Source: Macrostomum lignano
Taxonomy: Eukaryota
Assembly: GCA_002269645.1 (NCBI GenBank)
Contig: NIVC01002037.1
Location: forward strand, 211,518 to 272,218
Length of the DNA: 60,701 bases
Direction of reading: 5' to 3'
In this document: positions 36,070 through 49,153 of the stretch, in pieces
How the letters are laid out: every line of letters starts with the position of its first letter
Numbering within the stretch: position 1 is the first letter of the stretch
Made by a program: the position numbers and the translations under genes
The notes under the pieces: model-generated
Databases searched by the model: none
The model's input: only the letters and a program-made list of their open reading frames with translations
Told to the model about the DNA's origin: nothing

Positions 36070-38733
36070 GGGTCCTAGTCATTTCGTCAACTGGCGTTTC
36101 GTCAACTGGCCATTTCGTCAACTCAGTTTTTGCATTGGTCGTTTCGTCAACTAGCCAATGAAGCGATCTCAAACCTCGGTCACTTCGTCAACTGACCAAC
36201 GGGGAGTTCCCCAACATTGGTCACTTCGTCAACTGCCAATAAACTACCCCCGCGGCCGCAAAAAAACAAAAACTGAACCTTGAAATGACTAAGTCGACAT
36301 GCTAATTAATATATAGATACCCTTCTGCCGCGACATCTGCCGGCTTCAATCGATGCGTCTCTGACTATACATTAACAAACAATGTGTTTGAAACGTGTGC
36401 AGTATGACGCGGTTGATATCCCATGTTACACATTTGCATGACAAATTTTTGGATGTACATGTAGAAATTCATTAAGGAGTAGTTGATGGGTACTGGACCA
36501 AAGATAACGCTTCAAATGGTCCACTCTACATGGTGTATTTTAAAAATATATATAAAGCATTCCAAATTAACCATTACATTTATGGTCATGTCGATGTCAA
36601 TCACGCATTAAAATTTATATAATAATATATATTATATGCACACACTATACTTAAAACCTATAATAGTACATGTAGTTCTGTACGGTAAGCGGTAATCCAA
36701 ATATACTAAATCTCTAAAGTTTGTATGCTTGAATGTCCATAACGCTCTAGTACGGTACTACTCGTAAATGCAGACAAAAGAAAAATATATTATTTTAAGA
36801 AAATTGCAATATTAGGACTTCTTGGAAACTGTACATTACATTGCAACAGCATATGGTTCATGTACGAAGCGCAGACATAAAATATATAATATAATATATA
36901 GTGAATGCTACATATATAATCAGGTAAAAACCATGGTTGTAAAACACAGTCCAATTAACGAATTAAAAAGTCTTATACTTAGCTGCACTTTTATTGTTGC
37001 TGCTGCTGCTGTTGTGCCCTGCCGTGTGCGAAATGCGGAATGTGGCCAAGTCTTGTGCAGCTGAGCAGAAATGCACGAATAGAAAGCGCGCGCCGCTGCG
37101 GTACTGCGCCCAATATCGCTCCACTTGCACTTGCAGCCGCTCGTACCGCGCCCGATGCTGCCGCTCTTGTACTCCTTGTTGCACCAGCGCGGCGTGCACG
37201 GGTACCAGCAGCGCCTCCGTGTGGAGCAGTTGAATTAGAGGGTACAGGGTGAGTTGCACTCTCTCAGCCCGCTGCTTCAGTCGCCGATGCCAGCCTTCCA
37301 CCTCGTTGTTTGTCCGAATGGACTGGCCGTAAACGTACGCTTATTTCAGCAGCGCTATGCACTAGGTTGGTCAGCCACGTACTGTTGACATACTCAGCCA
37401 GGTCCAGTAAAAGCGGCGCTTGCACTCCGGTGACGACTTGTGCTAGGCCGTCGTTCATGTGCTGGTACGGTAGGTAGGGCAGGCCCATCAGCATCCTGGT
37501 GAAATTCTTCGTACCTGGGTCCATCAGGTAGGCCTGTTGTAGTCCTAGATATTGAACGCGACGAAATATTGCCTGTGCGTAGTGAAAAAGGCAGCCTTGA
37601 AGCCTGACCATAGGGAAGACGGCTCGCAAGGCCTGCCATACAGCAGCCTCAAAGTCCATTATGCAGACTTCGGGTGTTGTGTTGCCGATTGCCTCCCGCA
37701 GCGATTGAAATACAGCATATAGTCGTTGACAGCCTTGCCTGACATTATAGCGAATGCCAGGGGCACTTGTTTGACTGTCGTTCCTTGCCGGATGTAGCAG
37801 TGCACAGAGTAGAGTTGCTTGAATGGTGCATGGACGACATCAAAAGTGCCATCTAGAAACCATAGCCGACGGGATGCCAGCAGCTGCATGATCGGTAAAG
37901 TATATATGTAATATTGAGGAAACAAACTGATTTAATTGTGACTTTGACGGGACTTCCATTTATATAGCAGTTCGGATCGTTAGGGTGGGGTGACTTTGGA
38001 ACTGGTGGGGTGTAAGGGACTTAACACTGGCTTAGCACTTTAGTGTTAAGCATGACAGGGAGTAAAATGGCTTACAATATGGCATGATGTGCGTGAATCG
38101 TGCATGATATGCTTCGAGAGCATTACCGGATATCAAGATTCGCTGCGGGGGATCAGCTTCGGTTGACTGCGCACAGCGGGGTGGAGGGGTGGGAAGGCGC
38201 ACGCTGCAGTCCACCAATTTTCACGACTCCACAGGGGACTATTAGCAGTCCTCTCGATGCGTTTTGACTTTTGATAGTATAAATGCGCACCATGTACGTG
38301 GACACATGTATTGTATGCAGATTGCATAAAACACAAATGCTTAAGATTCATTGACGCCCGGATGCATATGGGTATGAGATAGTGTGCATAGGTGACGCAT
38401 TTGCATCTAGAATATTCGCATCGGAACATTTAACCTATCGAATACATGTATAATGGGCATGCAGTTAACATATATACTGTGCTGTAACGAAATTGCAAAG
38501 TTTGATCGTTTCAAATAGAATTAGGTAATTACTAAAACAAACTCATCGATATAACAACTATATTGTAAGCTACGCTGCTGTATGAACTACATATCATTCA
38601 TGCAATAACAATTTTGGTCACTTCGTCAACAAGCAAATGGGGAGGACCTAGGCATTGGTCACTTCGTCAACCACCAGTAAAGTCGCTTTCAACCGAGTTG
38701 ACGAAACGCCAGTTGACGAAATGACCATCACCC
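36070..38733 (-). mobile_element. MULE (Mutator-like) DNA transposon, 2664 bp, transposase disrupted
   Basis: TIR GGGT-x4-GTCATTTCGTCAACTGGCGTTTCGTCAACT and 8-bp TSD TGGATATG on both sides. Transposase motifs DGTF...PFKQLY, MDFEAA...VFP...CLFH, RTNNEVEGWH across ~37925-36963, with frameshifts near 37715 and 37340. Confidence 0.9.
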
Positions 38734-39540
38734 TGGATATGAACCATTTTCGTAGAAAACACACTAGCAGGATAAGATTCAGGTAGCGCATGTATAGTAA
38801 TAATCTAGCAAACCCCTAGCTTAAAGCTCTTACGTAGTTGATAACTAGGCTAAGGTTAGGCCTAGGGCTAGGCGCTACTAGGCAGACTGAGACTAGGGAT
38901 ACCAAAAATACAGGAGGAACACAACTCAAATACAATAAATAGGCCTAGTTATACAAAAACCATAAGATTAGAATAGCAAAATGTAGTGAAAACTCAACTA
39001 GTCTAGCTACACTTAAATAGGAAACTTGAGTTAGTTATGTAATGTAACCTAAACTTTGTCCTATTAAACTTACCTTAATATTCTAGCTAGGCATATACCT
39101 ACCATTGATCTTTGTATCTATCTATTAGAATAAGAAAGTTTTTTAGTAGACATTTTAATCATATTAGATATATTAAAAATATATTAAAAAATCAATGTTG
39201 TTGTTTGATATTAACTTAGCCAATAGGTGATTTTTTTAATGAAGCCTTGGGCTACCTTGTAATTATTAATAAAAATAACCTATATTTTTATATAAAAGAC
39301 TTAGTAGGCCTAATATTATTTTTTGTAAAAACTGAATAAGGCTAGGTCTAATAAAGGCTATCAATTGAACTAGTAAATAAGAAATAAGAATTAGAATTAA
39401 GGGCCTATTTACTAAGACATTTGTAATGCAATAATATATTTAATTCAGTCTCTTTCTCTAATGCAACCACAACCCTACCATGCACACTAAAGGGCTGGGA
39501 AAGCCTAGGGGAATGCCAAGTATATATTTGATAGTGCTAT

Positions 39541-39788
39541 ATGAAGTATTTGGTACTTTGTTTGGTGGGTACTTTTGTTCAATGCTGTCTAGAGATGGCC
39601 TGATAGGTCTTGAATCCCACCATTGCTACCAATGAAGTATTTGGTACTTTTGCTTGATGCTGTCTAGAGATGGCCTGGCAGGTCTTGAATCCCACCGCTG
39701 CTACCAGTGAAGTATTTGGTACTTTTACTTGATGCTGTCTAGAGATGGCCTGGCAGGTCTTGAATCCTACCGCTGCCACCAGTGAAGT
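39541..39788. repeat. 75-bp tandem repeat, ~3.3 copies
   Basis: TGCTGTCTAGAGATGGCC at 39583, 39658 and 39733. Confidence 0.9.
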
Positions 39789-42700
39789 ATAGACTATTGA
39801 TTGCTTCCCAATCAGTCACTTAAGCTGTTGGCCAATTCTCCTAGGAAGCCTCCTAGTTGCTCTTAGTAGCATTGGTAGATGTTGCCACTAGCTCGCTTGG
39901 ATCTTGTCCTTTGATGAAGGAGGCTCGGGGCTGAGTAAACTAAACAAGACTCAAGAACTCAGCATGCAAAATTGGCAGTTCACACCAGTGTACACCTCTT
40001 TAGCGGTCCTGCTTGGCTCAAGTGCAGGGATTAAGAATTGTGCTAGTTTTTCGTTAGCTTGATTGAGATTATCTGTGCAAGCTTAGTCACACAGTCAAAG
40101 ATAGATCCAAAGTTAGAATGGAGTTTGCAAAGACCAGTGTGAGATGTGTGAGTCTTATAAGTTAGAGCAATGCTTAGCCCAGACTTATAAATGAAGGGGG
40201 GTTAAGCAAGAGGTTGCCAAATAGAGGCACAAAAGGCCCATACTTATAGAATAGCAGATCAATTTCACCATACCATGCAACTCCCCATTGCGCCAGAGTG
40301 TGCAAGGCTGCTTTCATTGTGCCCCCTTAACCTGGTGTGATTTTACAGTTCTATTTTTAGAAACAAATGCGGACCCCTGCCAGATAGGCAAGGACACTGT
40401 TCCTTATTTAGAGACTGACACACAAGATTGCGCAAGGCAGTGCAAGAAAAGGACAGAGTGCCTGGGGCATGTGATCCACTACCGTACAAGCCAGACCAAG
40501 AGTACAGCCTAAGTGCTGAACTCAGAATAAACAAATGCAGCCACACAAGAAAAAAGGAGAGAGACCAGACAGACAATGAACCAAGAGCAGGCTGAGCAGA
40601 GAAGCTTAGATATTGGGAATGCAAACAAACCGGAAAGGAAAGACAAAAAAGGGGGAGCACAGGCAGCCAAAAGGATAGCGGGATGAGGGAGAGGGAGAGA
40701 GGGAAGGAGAAAGAGAGGGGGAAAAAGAGGGAGAGCTATGGCCAGTGGCAGCCAATGGCTCAGAGAGGCGCAAGGCACAGCTGACAAAGGGGACACCTAA
40801 CACTAAACTAGTGCTCACTTCACTCTTCCCGTTCAAATGATGAGGCATAGTGAAAGCATAGCCGCTTTATTTAAAAGAGAACACAATAAATTTCCTGATA
40901 AAAGAATTACATTTCCCAAGTTAGACATGTTGTAAAAGCCTGAGTCCTGAAAGTTGATGAGCAGAGCCCTGATTAAGTTTCTAAGTATTGCTGGGGGTGC
41001 CTGCCCAATGAATCAAATAGGCACCTAAATATGGGGATGCCAGGAGTCAATTGGCAGAGCTTACGGAAATGCATAGTTGCAAGGGAGAGTACAAAAAAGG
41101 GGCAAATGCAACAAAATAGCACAAGAAGGGCGCTAAGTTTGCACTCTGAAAGAGCGGGCCTATCCTCGCAAGAGTTTCAAAGAGATGAAGCAGGACAAAA
41201 TTTGAATTTCAGATTGGAAAAAAGTAGAATTAAAGAAAGGACCAAAGCAACATTGTGGGTGATTGAAAACTAAATTAAAAAAATGCTTGTTCTACAATAT
41301 TTGGGACAATGAAGACTCAATTGGAATATAATAGCATGGCTTTAAAGGAAAACCATCAGCTGATAAGTCTAATAAAATTAGATTAGCAATATGATACTTG
41401 GAGCTTAAAATTGCCTTAGTACTTTTGCTAAGTACAACAGATGGAAAAGATAGTTGAAAAAATTGTCACATGAAAAAAACTGCATCAAATTCCATTATAA
41501 CATATTCTGAATTTTGAGGAAAAGAAATTGTATAATTGACAAAAATTCACTTCTTGATAGATTGTTTGCATTGACAATAGTAGGTAAATCAATATTATTT
41601 GTCAGACACTGATTAATAATAGGCCTAACAGAATCATTAATATTTATAGAACTATTACTTTGACTTAAAATACTACATTCCACTTTTATTTGATGCTCAT
41701 TACTAGCAGATGGCAGATGCAGAGGCATTACAATTGGATGACATAGACTTATCCTTTGTACATCCTAAAATGTAAAATAGATAATTCATATTGTAGATTC
41801 TACAAATAATAAATATAAAATAGGTAACCCCATTATATTAATGTTATTACCTGAGTCTCCTTTTAGTCCTTCAAATGTTTTTCAATGTTTTCTATATGCA
41901 TGTGTTTTCAAACTGATGAGTGTTGGGAAAACAGACACAATGTTGGACTGGACAGATGAACCTAAATTATAAGAATGATAAATTACAATTAGGGGCCTAG
42001 TCAATTATAAGCTTAAAACCAACTTATTCAAAATACAATACAATTTTAACTTGCCTTGATCTATATGCATGACGTGCAGTATGGCTAATTAATTGGGTAA
42101 ATAGTTTACATGAATATGAGCAGAACTTGCAGCAGTTCCAGCCCTCCATTGCATGTTTTAAGCAGTCAACAATTGCCACCTTTTTATTTACTAAAAAAGA
42201 GGAAATTCTACTTTGTAGAATACAGCTTTGTTAATAAACTTTCTTTAAGTATAAGTATTGGGCATACTAAAAAATAATAATTGTTAAATTTACCAAATAT
42301 AAAATTAAATTTATTATATATAAATAAAATCAAAGTTTCTAGGATATTAGATAGGCTAAAGTATAAGTATCAATAAGTAAATTAGTAAAGCATGTTTCAA
42401 CTACTTCACAATAAACCTATAAACCTATTTGGCATATAACAGCTAGTAAGTTTGTGGCATTTTCACTATATCCAATCCATGCCAAAAGGACAAACCACTG
42501 AATCTTCCACATAAAGCAAATTAAGCAGCACTGGATCCACAAGACTTATTGTTTATCAGGTGGCAGGGCCAATTGATAATTGAGCCAAAATTTACTTTTA
42601 AATATGAAGCTTCAACAGTATTTGACCATTGTGAACTCAATTTAAAAATATTGTGCAAACAGAAAAAAGAACAGCGAATTTTGTTGGAACTTTTTTAAAT

Positions 42701-43245
42701 ACTCTTTAAAGTTACTAAAGTTAAAAAAAGTTTTTTTGAAAAAAACCTTGTTCTATATTATTTACAGCACATTTTGTTTAAATTAATGATATAGTATGGC
42801 ACTACCTGGCACTAGGGCTTCCTTCATGTGCACTGGCACTATATTTGGCACTAGTTGGCGCTTAAAAATTTAGAGTGCAGGCTCAAAATCATTTTAAGAT
42901 GCAAAAACTGAAGCAGTAAGCTCTTTGTATATGATATTGTCTATGGTAAAGCCTACACTTTGACATTTGTCATTGTCAGCTTGCTTTCAAACTGAGCCAC
43001 AGAATATAACCAAGCTGCCTCAACACAGAACACAGAAGCCACAGAATTAAAAAATCATTAAACAATAACTGATGATATTTCAAATGGTCACTCAATGGTA
43101 TCAACATTTTTCTACTTTATCACATGAAATAAAACCATTGTCACTTGCTCTCACTTTATTTTAATAGTTTCAGTTGAACCCTGAGATTTTCGGTTGGGCC
43201 AGAGCAGGCAGCAGCACAGGACAGAGAACACAGCTACAGTGCGGC

Positions 43246-45896
43246 ATGCAGTGCAAACTAGCGGTGCAGCTGCACAGCAGCGATTCTCTGCTCATGTTGA
43301 AACGCCAGCTGCATCAGCGGGCTCCAGCCTCCGCCCAGGCCTCGCTGATGTCGCTGCCCTGTCTGCTGTACGGCCAGATCCCCCTGTCTGACGAGGTCCG
43401 CCTGGCCAGCCTGATGATCCGCCAGAGCCACGCCGCTGTGGTCACCGCCGAGATCGGCGATCGCTGCATCAGCATCACCCGCATCAGCGGAGTCCGCTAC
43501 CTGCACAACCCGCCCTGGCAGCCGGACGCCCAGTTCCACGCCCTCATGCGCCTGCACGGCATGTCCGCCGACCCCTGCAGCTGGACCCGGCCGCAGCTCC
43601 GCCTGTGGCTCCACTGGGCGGCCAGAAAATTCCGCCGGCCGGAGCTTCGCCAGCCGGCCTGGGAGTCGCTGACTGGCCAAGAATTGGCCGCGCTAACGCC
43701 GGTCGAGTTCAGCCAGTTGTGTCCGAGCGACGCTGTCGGTGGCGAACTGTGGACACATTTGAAGCTGCTTCGCCGATTGCACATGGTGGCCGTGCCGCAG
43801 CAGCCGGGCCGGCAGCGGCAGCAACAGAATGAGGCCAAGCTGCACCGCCATCCCCTGCCTGTAGCAGCCACCGCCACCGCTGTTGTGGTCAGCGCCTCCG
43901 GCAGTCAGCCGATTTCGCCCACGACGCCGGTGCAGCTGCAGCAGATGCCTCTGGCGGTCCCGGCTGAGAAGCCGCTGGCCAACCCGCCACAGCCGATTTC
44001 GCTGCTGGGCAAAATGCGAATCAGTCGCAGCATTAAGGGCCAGCCTCAGGTAATCTATTTGACTGCAAATTCCGATTTGCGACATTTTATGGACTGTTCT
44101 GGTTTCTTAGGGTTGAGATTCCGGGTTCTGATGTCTTACGGGGTGAAATTTCTGGTTCTGGTGTCTAACGCGGTGAGATTTCTGGTGTCAATTACGGGGT
44201 GAGATTTCTGGTTCTGATGTCTTTTGGGGTGAGATTTCTGGTTCTGATGTCTTTTGGGGTGAGATTTCTGGTTCTGATGTCTTGGGGTGAGATTTCTGGT
44301 TCTAGTGTCTTACGGGGTGAGATTTCTGGTTCTGATGTCTTGGGGTGAGATTTCTGGTTCTAGTGTCTTACGGGGTGAGATTTCTGGTTCTGATGTCTTA
44401 CGGGGTGAGATTTCTGGTTCTGATGTCTTACGGGGTGAGATTTCTGGTTCTGATGTCTTACGGGGTGAGATTTCTGGTTCTGGTGTCTTACGGGGTGAGA
44501 TTTCTGGTTCTGGTTTCTTACGGGGTGAGATTTCTGTCTTGGGGTGAGATTTCTGGTTCTGGTTTCTTACGGGGTGAGATTTCTGGTTCTGGTTTCTTAC
44601 GGGGTGAGATTTCTGGTTCTGATGTCTTACGGGGTGAGATTTCTGGTTCTGGTGTCTTACGGGGTGAGATTTCTGGTTCTGGTTTCTTACGGGGTGAGAT
44701 TTCTGGTTCTGGTGTCTTACGGGGTGAGATTTCTGGTTCTGGTGTCTTACGGGGTGAGATTTCTGGTTTTTGCGGCACTGGGTGAGATTCCGGGTTCTGG
44801 TTCACTGGGTGAGATTCTGGTTCTGGTGCGTCACTGGGTGAGATTCTGGGTTCTGGTGCGTCACTGGGTGAGATTCCGGGTTCTGGTGCGTCACTGGGTG
44901 AGATTCCGGGTTCTGGTGCGTCACTGGGTGAGATTCCGGGTTCTTGTGCGTCACTGGGTGAGATTCCGGGTTCTGGTGCGTCACTGGGTGAGATTCCGGG
45001 TTCTGGTGCGTCACTGCGTGAGATTCCGGGTTCTGGTGCGTCACTGGGTGAGATTCCGGGTTCTTGTGCATCACTGGGTGAGATTCCGGGTTCTGGTGCG
45101 TCACTGGGTGAGATTCCGGGTTCTGGTGCGTCACTGGGTGAGATTCCGGGTTCTTGTGCGTCACTGGGTGAGATTCCGGGTTCTGGTGCGTCACTGGGTG
45201 AGATTCCGGGTTCTTGTGCGTCACTGGGTGAGATTCCGGGTTCTGGTGCGTCACTGGGTGAGATTCCGGGTTCTGGTGCGTCACTGCGTGAGATTCCGGG
45301 TTCTGGTGCGTCACTGGGTGAGATTCCGGGTTCTGGTGCGTCACTGGGTGAGATCGCTGTAGTGAAATTTTAGTTTGTTTCACTGAGCTTTGCTGTCTAT
45401 GGGTTGAGAATCTCTGTGAGACTCAGCCTCAATCCGCTCTGTCAATCCGCAGTCTGTGTCAGCAACGCTGTCAGCCGCTGTGACCGGCAGCGGCGGAGCC
45501 TGCGAGCTGTGGAAATTCCTGCTGGACCTGCTCACCGACTGCCGCTACCGTCGCGTAGTTCGCTGGAGCTCCGCGGACGACGGCACCTTCTCGGTGCTGA
45601 ACCCGTCGGCCCTGGCCTCCGTGTGGGGCCGCAGGCGCGGCAATCCGCGCATGACTTTCGCCAAGATTTCGCGGGCCCTTCGGCACTACCAGCGGGGCGG
45701 CATGCTGCATAAAGAGCCGGCTAGCGAGAACGGGCAGCGCTATGTCTACCGGTTCCTGTGCGACATGCCGCGCCTCCTGGGCTACTCGGTTGCGGAGCTG
45801 CGTCGCCTGGTTGATGCCCAGGCGGCCGAAACTGCGCCTGCAGAATTTGATGGAGCTGACGGTATTGGCGATCTGCAGGAGCAGCAGGTCTTGTAG
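43246..45896 (+). CDS. GABPA: GABPA-like ETS transcription factor (N-terminal ubiquitin-like/OST-type region, PNT, ETS); exons 43246-44049 and 45453-45896; 415 aa from the first in-frame ATG
   Basis: PNT: DPCSWTRPQLRLWLHWAARKF...LTGQEL...ELWTHLKLL. ETS: LWKFLLDLL...W...KISRALRHY...YRF. Post-ETS tail LCDMPRLLGYSVAELRRLV resembles the GABPA-specific CDLKTLIGYSAAELNRLV. Phase-0 intron GTAATC to CCGCAG. An upstream exon is possible (acceptor at 43173). Confidence 0.8.
44100..45355. repeat. Two abutting related 30-bp minisatellites in the ETS-gene intron (GGGGTGAGATTTCTGGTTCTGATGTCTTAC, then GGGTGAGATTCCGGGTTCTGGTGCGTCACT)
   Basis: About 22 and ~19 units, switching near 44775. Confidence 0.96.
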
Positions 45897-46084
45897 CGAT
45901 GGACGCTTTCACTGTCCGTTCTCCCACTGTTGTATTGCTGCTATCCGGTCTTTTGTTGGAGGCCAGTTCTCTCCAGCACGGGTCATATAGTCCGCAGCGG
46001 TCCTGTTTCTATTGGTTGGCACTGCAGTATGTGCGATTGCTGTGGCTTGTGTGCATACATGGTTACTGAATGAAGTTTGTTCGT

Positions 46085-46295
46085 GTGGAGTGAGGCACTG
46101 ATAGAGTGGAGTGAGGCATTGACAGTTAGTGAGGCACTGATAAAGTGGAGTGAGGAACTGATAGAGTAGAGTGAGGCACTGGTAGAGTGGAGTGAGGAAC
46201 TGGCAAAGTGGAGTGAGGCACTGGTAGAGTGGAGTGAGGCACTGGTAGAGTGGAGTGAGGCACTGGTAGAGTGGATGGAGTGAGGCACTGACAGT
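46085..46295. repeat. 21-bp repeat (TAGAGTGGAGTGAGGCACTGG), ~9 copies, downstream of the ETS stop
   Basis: Directly visible. Confidence 0.9.
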
Positions 46296-47474
46296 GAGGC
46301 AGTATAGACAGTCAGATTGATATTGAGTGAAGAGCACTAAGTTAGCTACAGCTAGAATATTGGCATTAATGATTGCTGTGGACTATATGAAATTTCTAGC
46401 CTGTTTAGCGTGTCCGAACTCTGCCAGAGCCGGCCGGTTCAATCCTCGTTTGTCTTTCAAAACTCGAATTTGAATTACTGAAACATTTTGCCACCTGTTA
46501 GTGAATCGATGTAGTTCTTTATCGCAATTTCTTTTATCTGTTAGCAAAATTTCTAATTTTATTTTTTTAATATCAAATGCTAGGCTTTTTTTCAAGTTTG
46601 TCAACCTATGCACAATGGTCAGAGTCCATGCCTATAGTTAGAAACTTGATTCCTGTTCTGATTAGTGTTTCTAGCTTAACGTAATTAAATTTGTGTTTTT
46701 TCATACTGACTCTGACCGTAACTAAAAGGCACTCTTAAATCAAAACGAAAGTAAGCATTGCGCATCCTGTGTTTAGTAAGTGCCGCTTGTTCAATTGTAA
46801 TACAAGGCTTACACAAATTCCGCGGTTTTTCCTGATATTTATTAGGCACACGCACTTCTGCAGTGCCTTGTTGTACTTTTATATTCTAATAAAGCGATTA
46901 CTCAACCATTGCTCGCGATTAAGAAAGACCACATAGATAATAGTTTGAATAGAAATACAATATAAAAATTATTTTCAGTCATGAATGCTAATGCTTCGCG
47001 TGGAATTTCTGGCTAGCATACGAATGACAGGTTATGATTCAAATTTAGAGAGTTCTGTATCCTTTCGTATCGTTAAAAGTTTAATTAAAAAAAGTATACT
47101 TATAGTTACAATGTTCATTTATCTCTTTGTGATAATTACAAGACTCAATGGCTTCTGCAAGGACATGAAATGCGTACTATATTAAACAGATTTTAATTAT
47201 ACTTTCGAGTATTGTTCATGTTACAGATCTCTTCCTCGTGGAAAGTGTTTAACTGACATAATACTATGAGGTCTGCTATGCTGCACAGAAACTACTAAAG
47301 GTGGCTTGAACTTCCAGAAGCATATTACAAGAAGACAGCAGGAACAAAATGCGCCGTCGGCTGTGTCTTATAAACAATAGAAGCATTACAGGGCAGGTTA
47401 GGGGCGCGAACACCGCCGACAGAATCTAGGAAGATGAACAATGTCTGAAAATTCCTGAAAATTCTGGTCGTGAT

Positions 47475-48165
47475 TAGGGAAGCACAAAGTCCCCGAGTTT
47501 TTGGAATTGCCAATCCGGGGATTCTCAGGATCGGAATATCCCGGACTTTGCCAATCCTGGGAATCTTTGTTGGTGCAATTTTTGTTTACGAAGCCATCTA
47601 ATCTGATTCTTAAGGGCTTTCAATAATAAAAGTAGAACAATAAAATATTTTGCAAACAAGAAGCTGACAGTGAGCTCTGAATTTGAGTGTGATGGGCTGA
47701 CGGAATAGATGTGCTTTCTTACATGCCGCAGTATCAGCTCAGTAAAATCACACTTGATTGTAATGTAACCTGGGGAATGATAGCTTTACGCTCGTACAGA
47801 GCTATGGCCCGAGTACTGATACCAAGTTTAGAAAGGGGATTAGACTTCACCCTCCTAGGGGCACGCGCCCTTAGATAGAGCAGTGGTAGCTTTGGTTGTG
47901 GTCCGATAGCAATGTCCCACTGTTCTGATCCCAACTACGACCAAAAGAGTTTTGAAGGTAGGGAATGCTTAATAAAAGTAGTTGTACATTATTACACCTG
48001 AGATCTCATTACGATGTGCTGACAGCTTCTGTTTTGTATCCGTCTACTCACTAGCCTGCATGCTTAGACGATTAGTAAATCGAAGCGTGATAACTGGGTT
48101 ATGATTTTCACCTGACAATTGTATCTCAGCTGCAGGTTTACTACTCGAGAATGAATTGATTGAAT
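47475..48165 (-). mobile_element. Second, truncated relative of the hAT-type MITE
   Basis: 47722-48165 is the reverse complement of ~31277-31721 (visually >90% identical). TAGGGAAGCACAAAGTCCCCGAG at 47475 resembles the right TIR. The other end is missing. Confidence 0.75.
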
Positions 48166-49153
48166 CCCACAAGCAGGATCTAACAAGAAGGAAAAGCGAT
48201 CGATTTTTATCACAAATTCTCGTTTTTCATTGAGTAGCTCCGCAAATAAACGACGCTCGCTACATGATATACATGTAAATATTCATTCGTACATGTAACG
48301 TGTACTAGATCGTTTGCTCTCAGCAGATGTGGCCCCTCAGGCCGTGACAAGTCATTTGTTGTCATTAATGCTAACATTAATCTTCCCCAGCTACCGACCA
48401 TATACGTACGTGGCCTGTGGGCGTAGATGTACACCAGAATTACAACATCGCTAACATTCATCTTTCCTAGCATCTGTTAAATTGTGGGCATGCACGTATA
48501 CATAAGCCAATTGAGTATATATTAGATTTTGATCACAAACTCTTCCTTATCCTTCCTAGTTATTTATCGATTCGAAAAAAAAGAAAGAATTTTTTTATAT
48601 TTAAAAAAGTCCTACGCAGCGCTTAAGTCTACAAACATTTGTTTTATTTTACAAATCATTTCCGCTCTGGGCTCTCTTAAAAAGACAGTTCTCAGTTGAT
48701 TTTTAAACTATACACGTACTTCAAATTCAAATTAAAAAAGCCAACCAGTTCTAGTATTGCTCATGTCAGATTGTTATAAGCGTGGACAGTTTTTCTTTTC
48801 TTAACTTTCATCATAGTTCTTCAGTAACTAACACAAACAGGAACAGCCTTTAATTGGCAAAGTTTTTAATTCTCATTCTCAAATCTTAAAAAAAGTTAAA
48901 ACTCATACTCATAGTCATACACAAACATTATCAATAATAAAAAAGCTGAATAGCTTGACCTGTAACTAATGTATCTTGACTTGGACTAATTGCCTTAACA
49001 CATCGTACATACTACATAGTATAGGCCTACCTCTAGATATTGTGAGATTTGTGACTGTTAGTTGTAGCTGCTAGGCTATTACAAAGATTGATTTTTTCTG
49101 CATTTTTTCTTAACTCTATCTTTGTTTCAAGGTCTAGGAATCTGCTTAACAAC

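Noticed and set aside
39541-39788. 75-bp (25-codon) repeat as a coding repeat
   Set aside because: No start or splice context, and most frames contain stops.
39800-41750. Possible decayed LINE (LLINFQ-like motif near 40960)
   Set aside because: Single short motif; no continuing endonuclease or RT similarity.
33066-43246. Functional link between divergently oriented PC and GABPA (a mitochondrial-gene regulator)
   Set aside because: 10 kb of transposon-rich spacer and no shared promoter evidence; adjacency alone is not support.
44287-45383. Long repetitive ORFs in the ETS intron (likewise 19919-20515, 53355-54933, 59121-59987)
   Set aside because: All coincide with tandem arrays inside introns or between exons.
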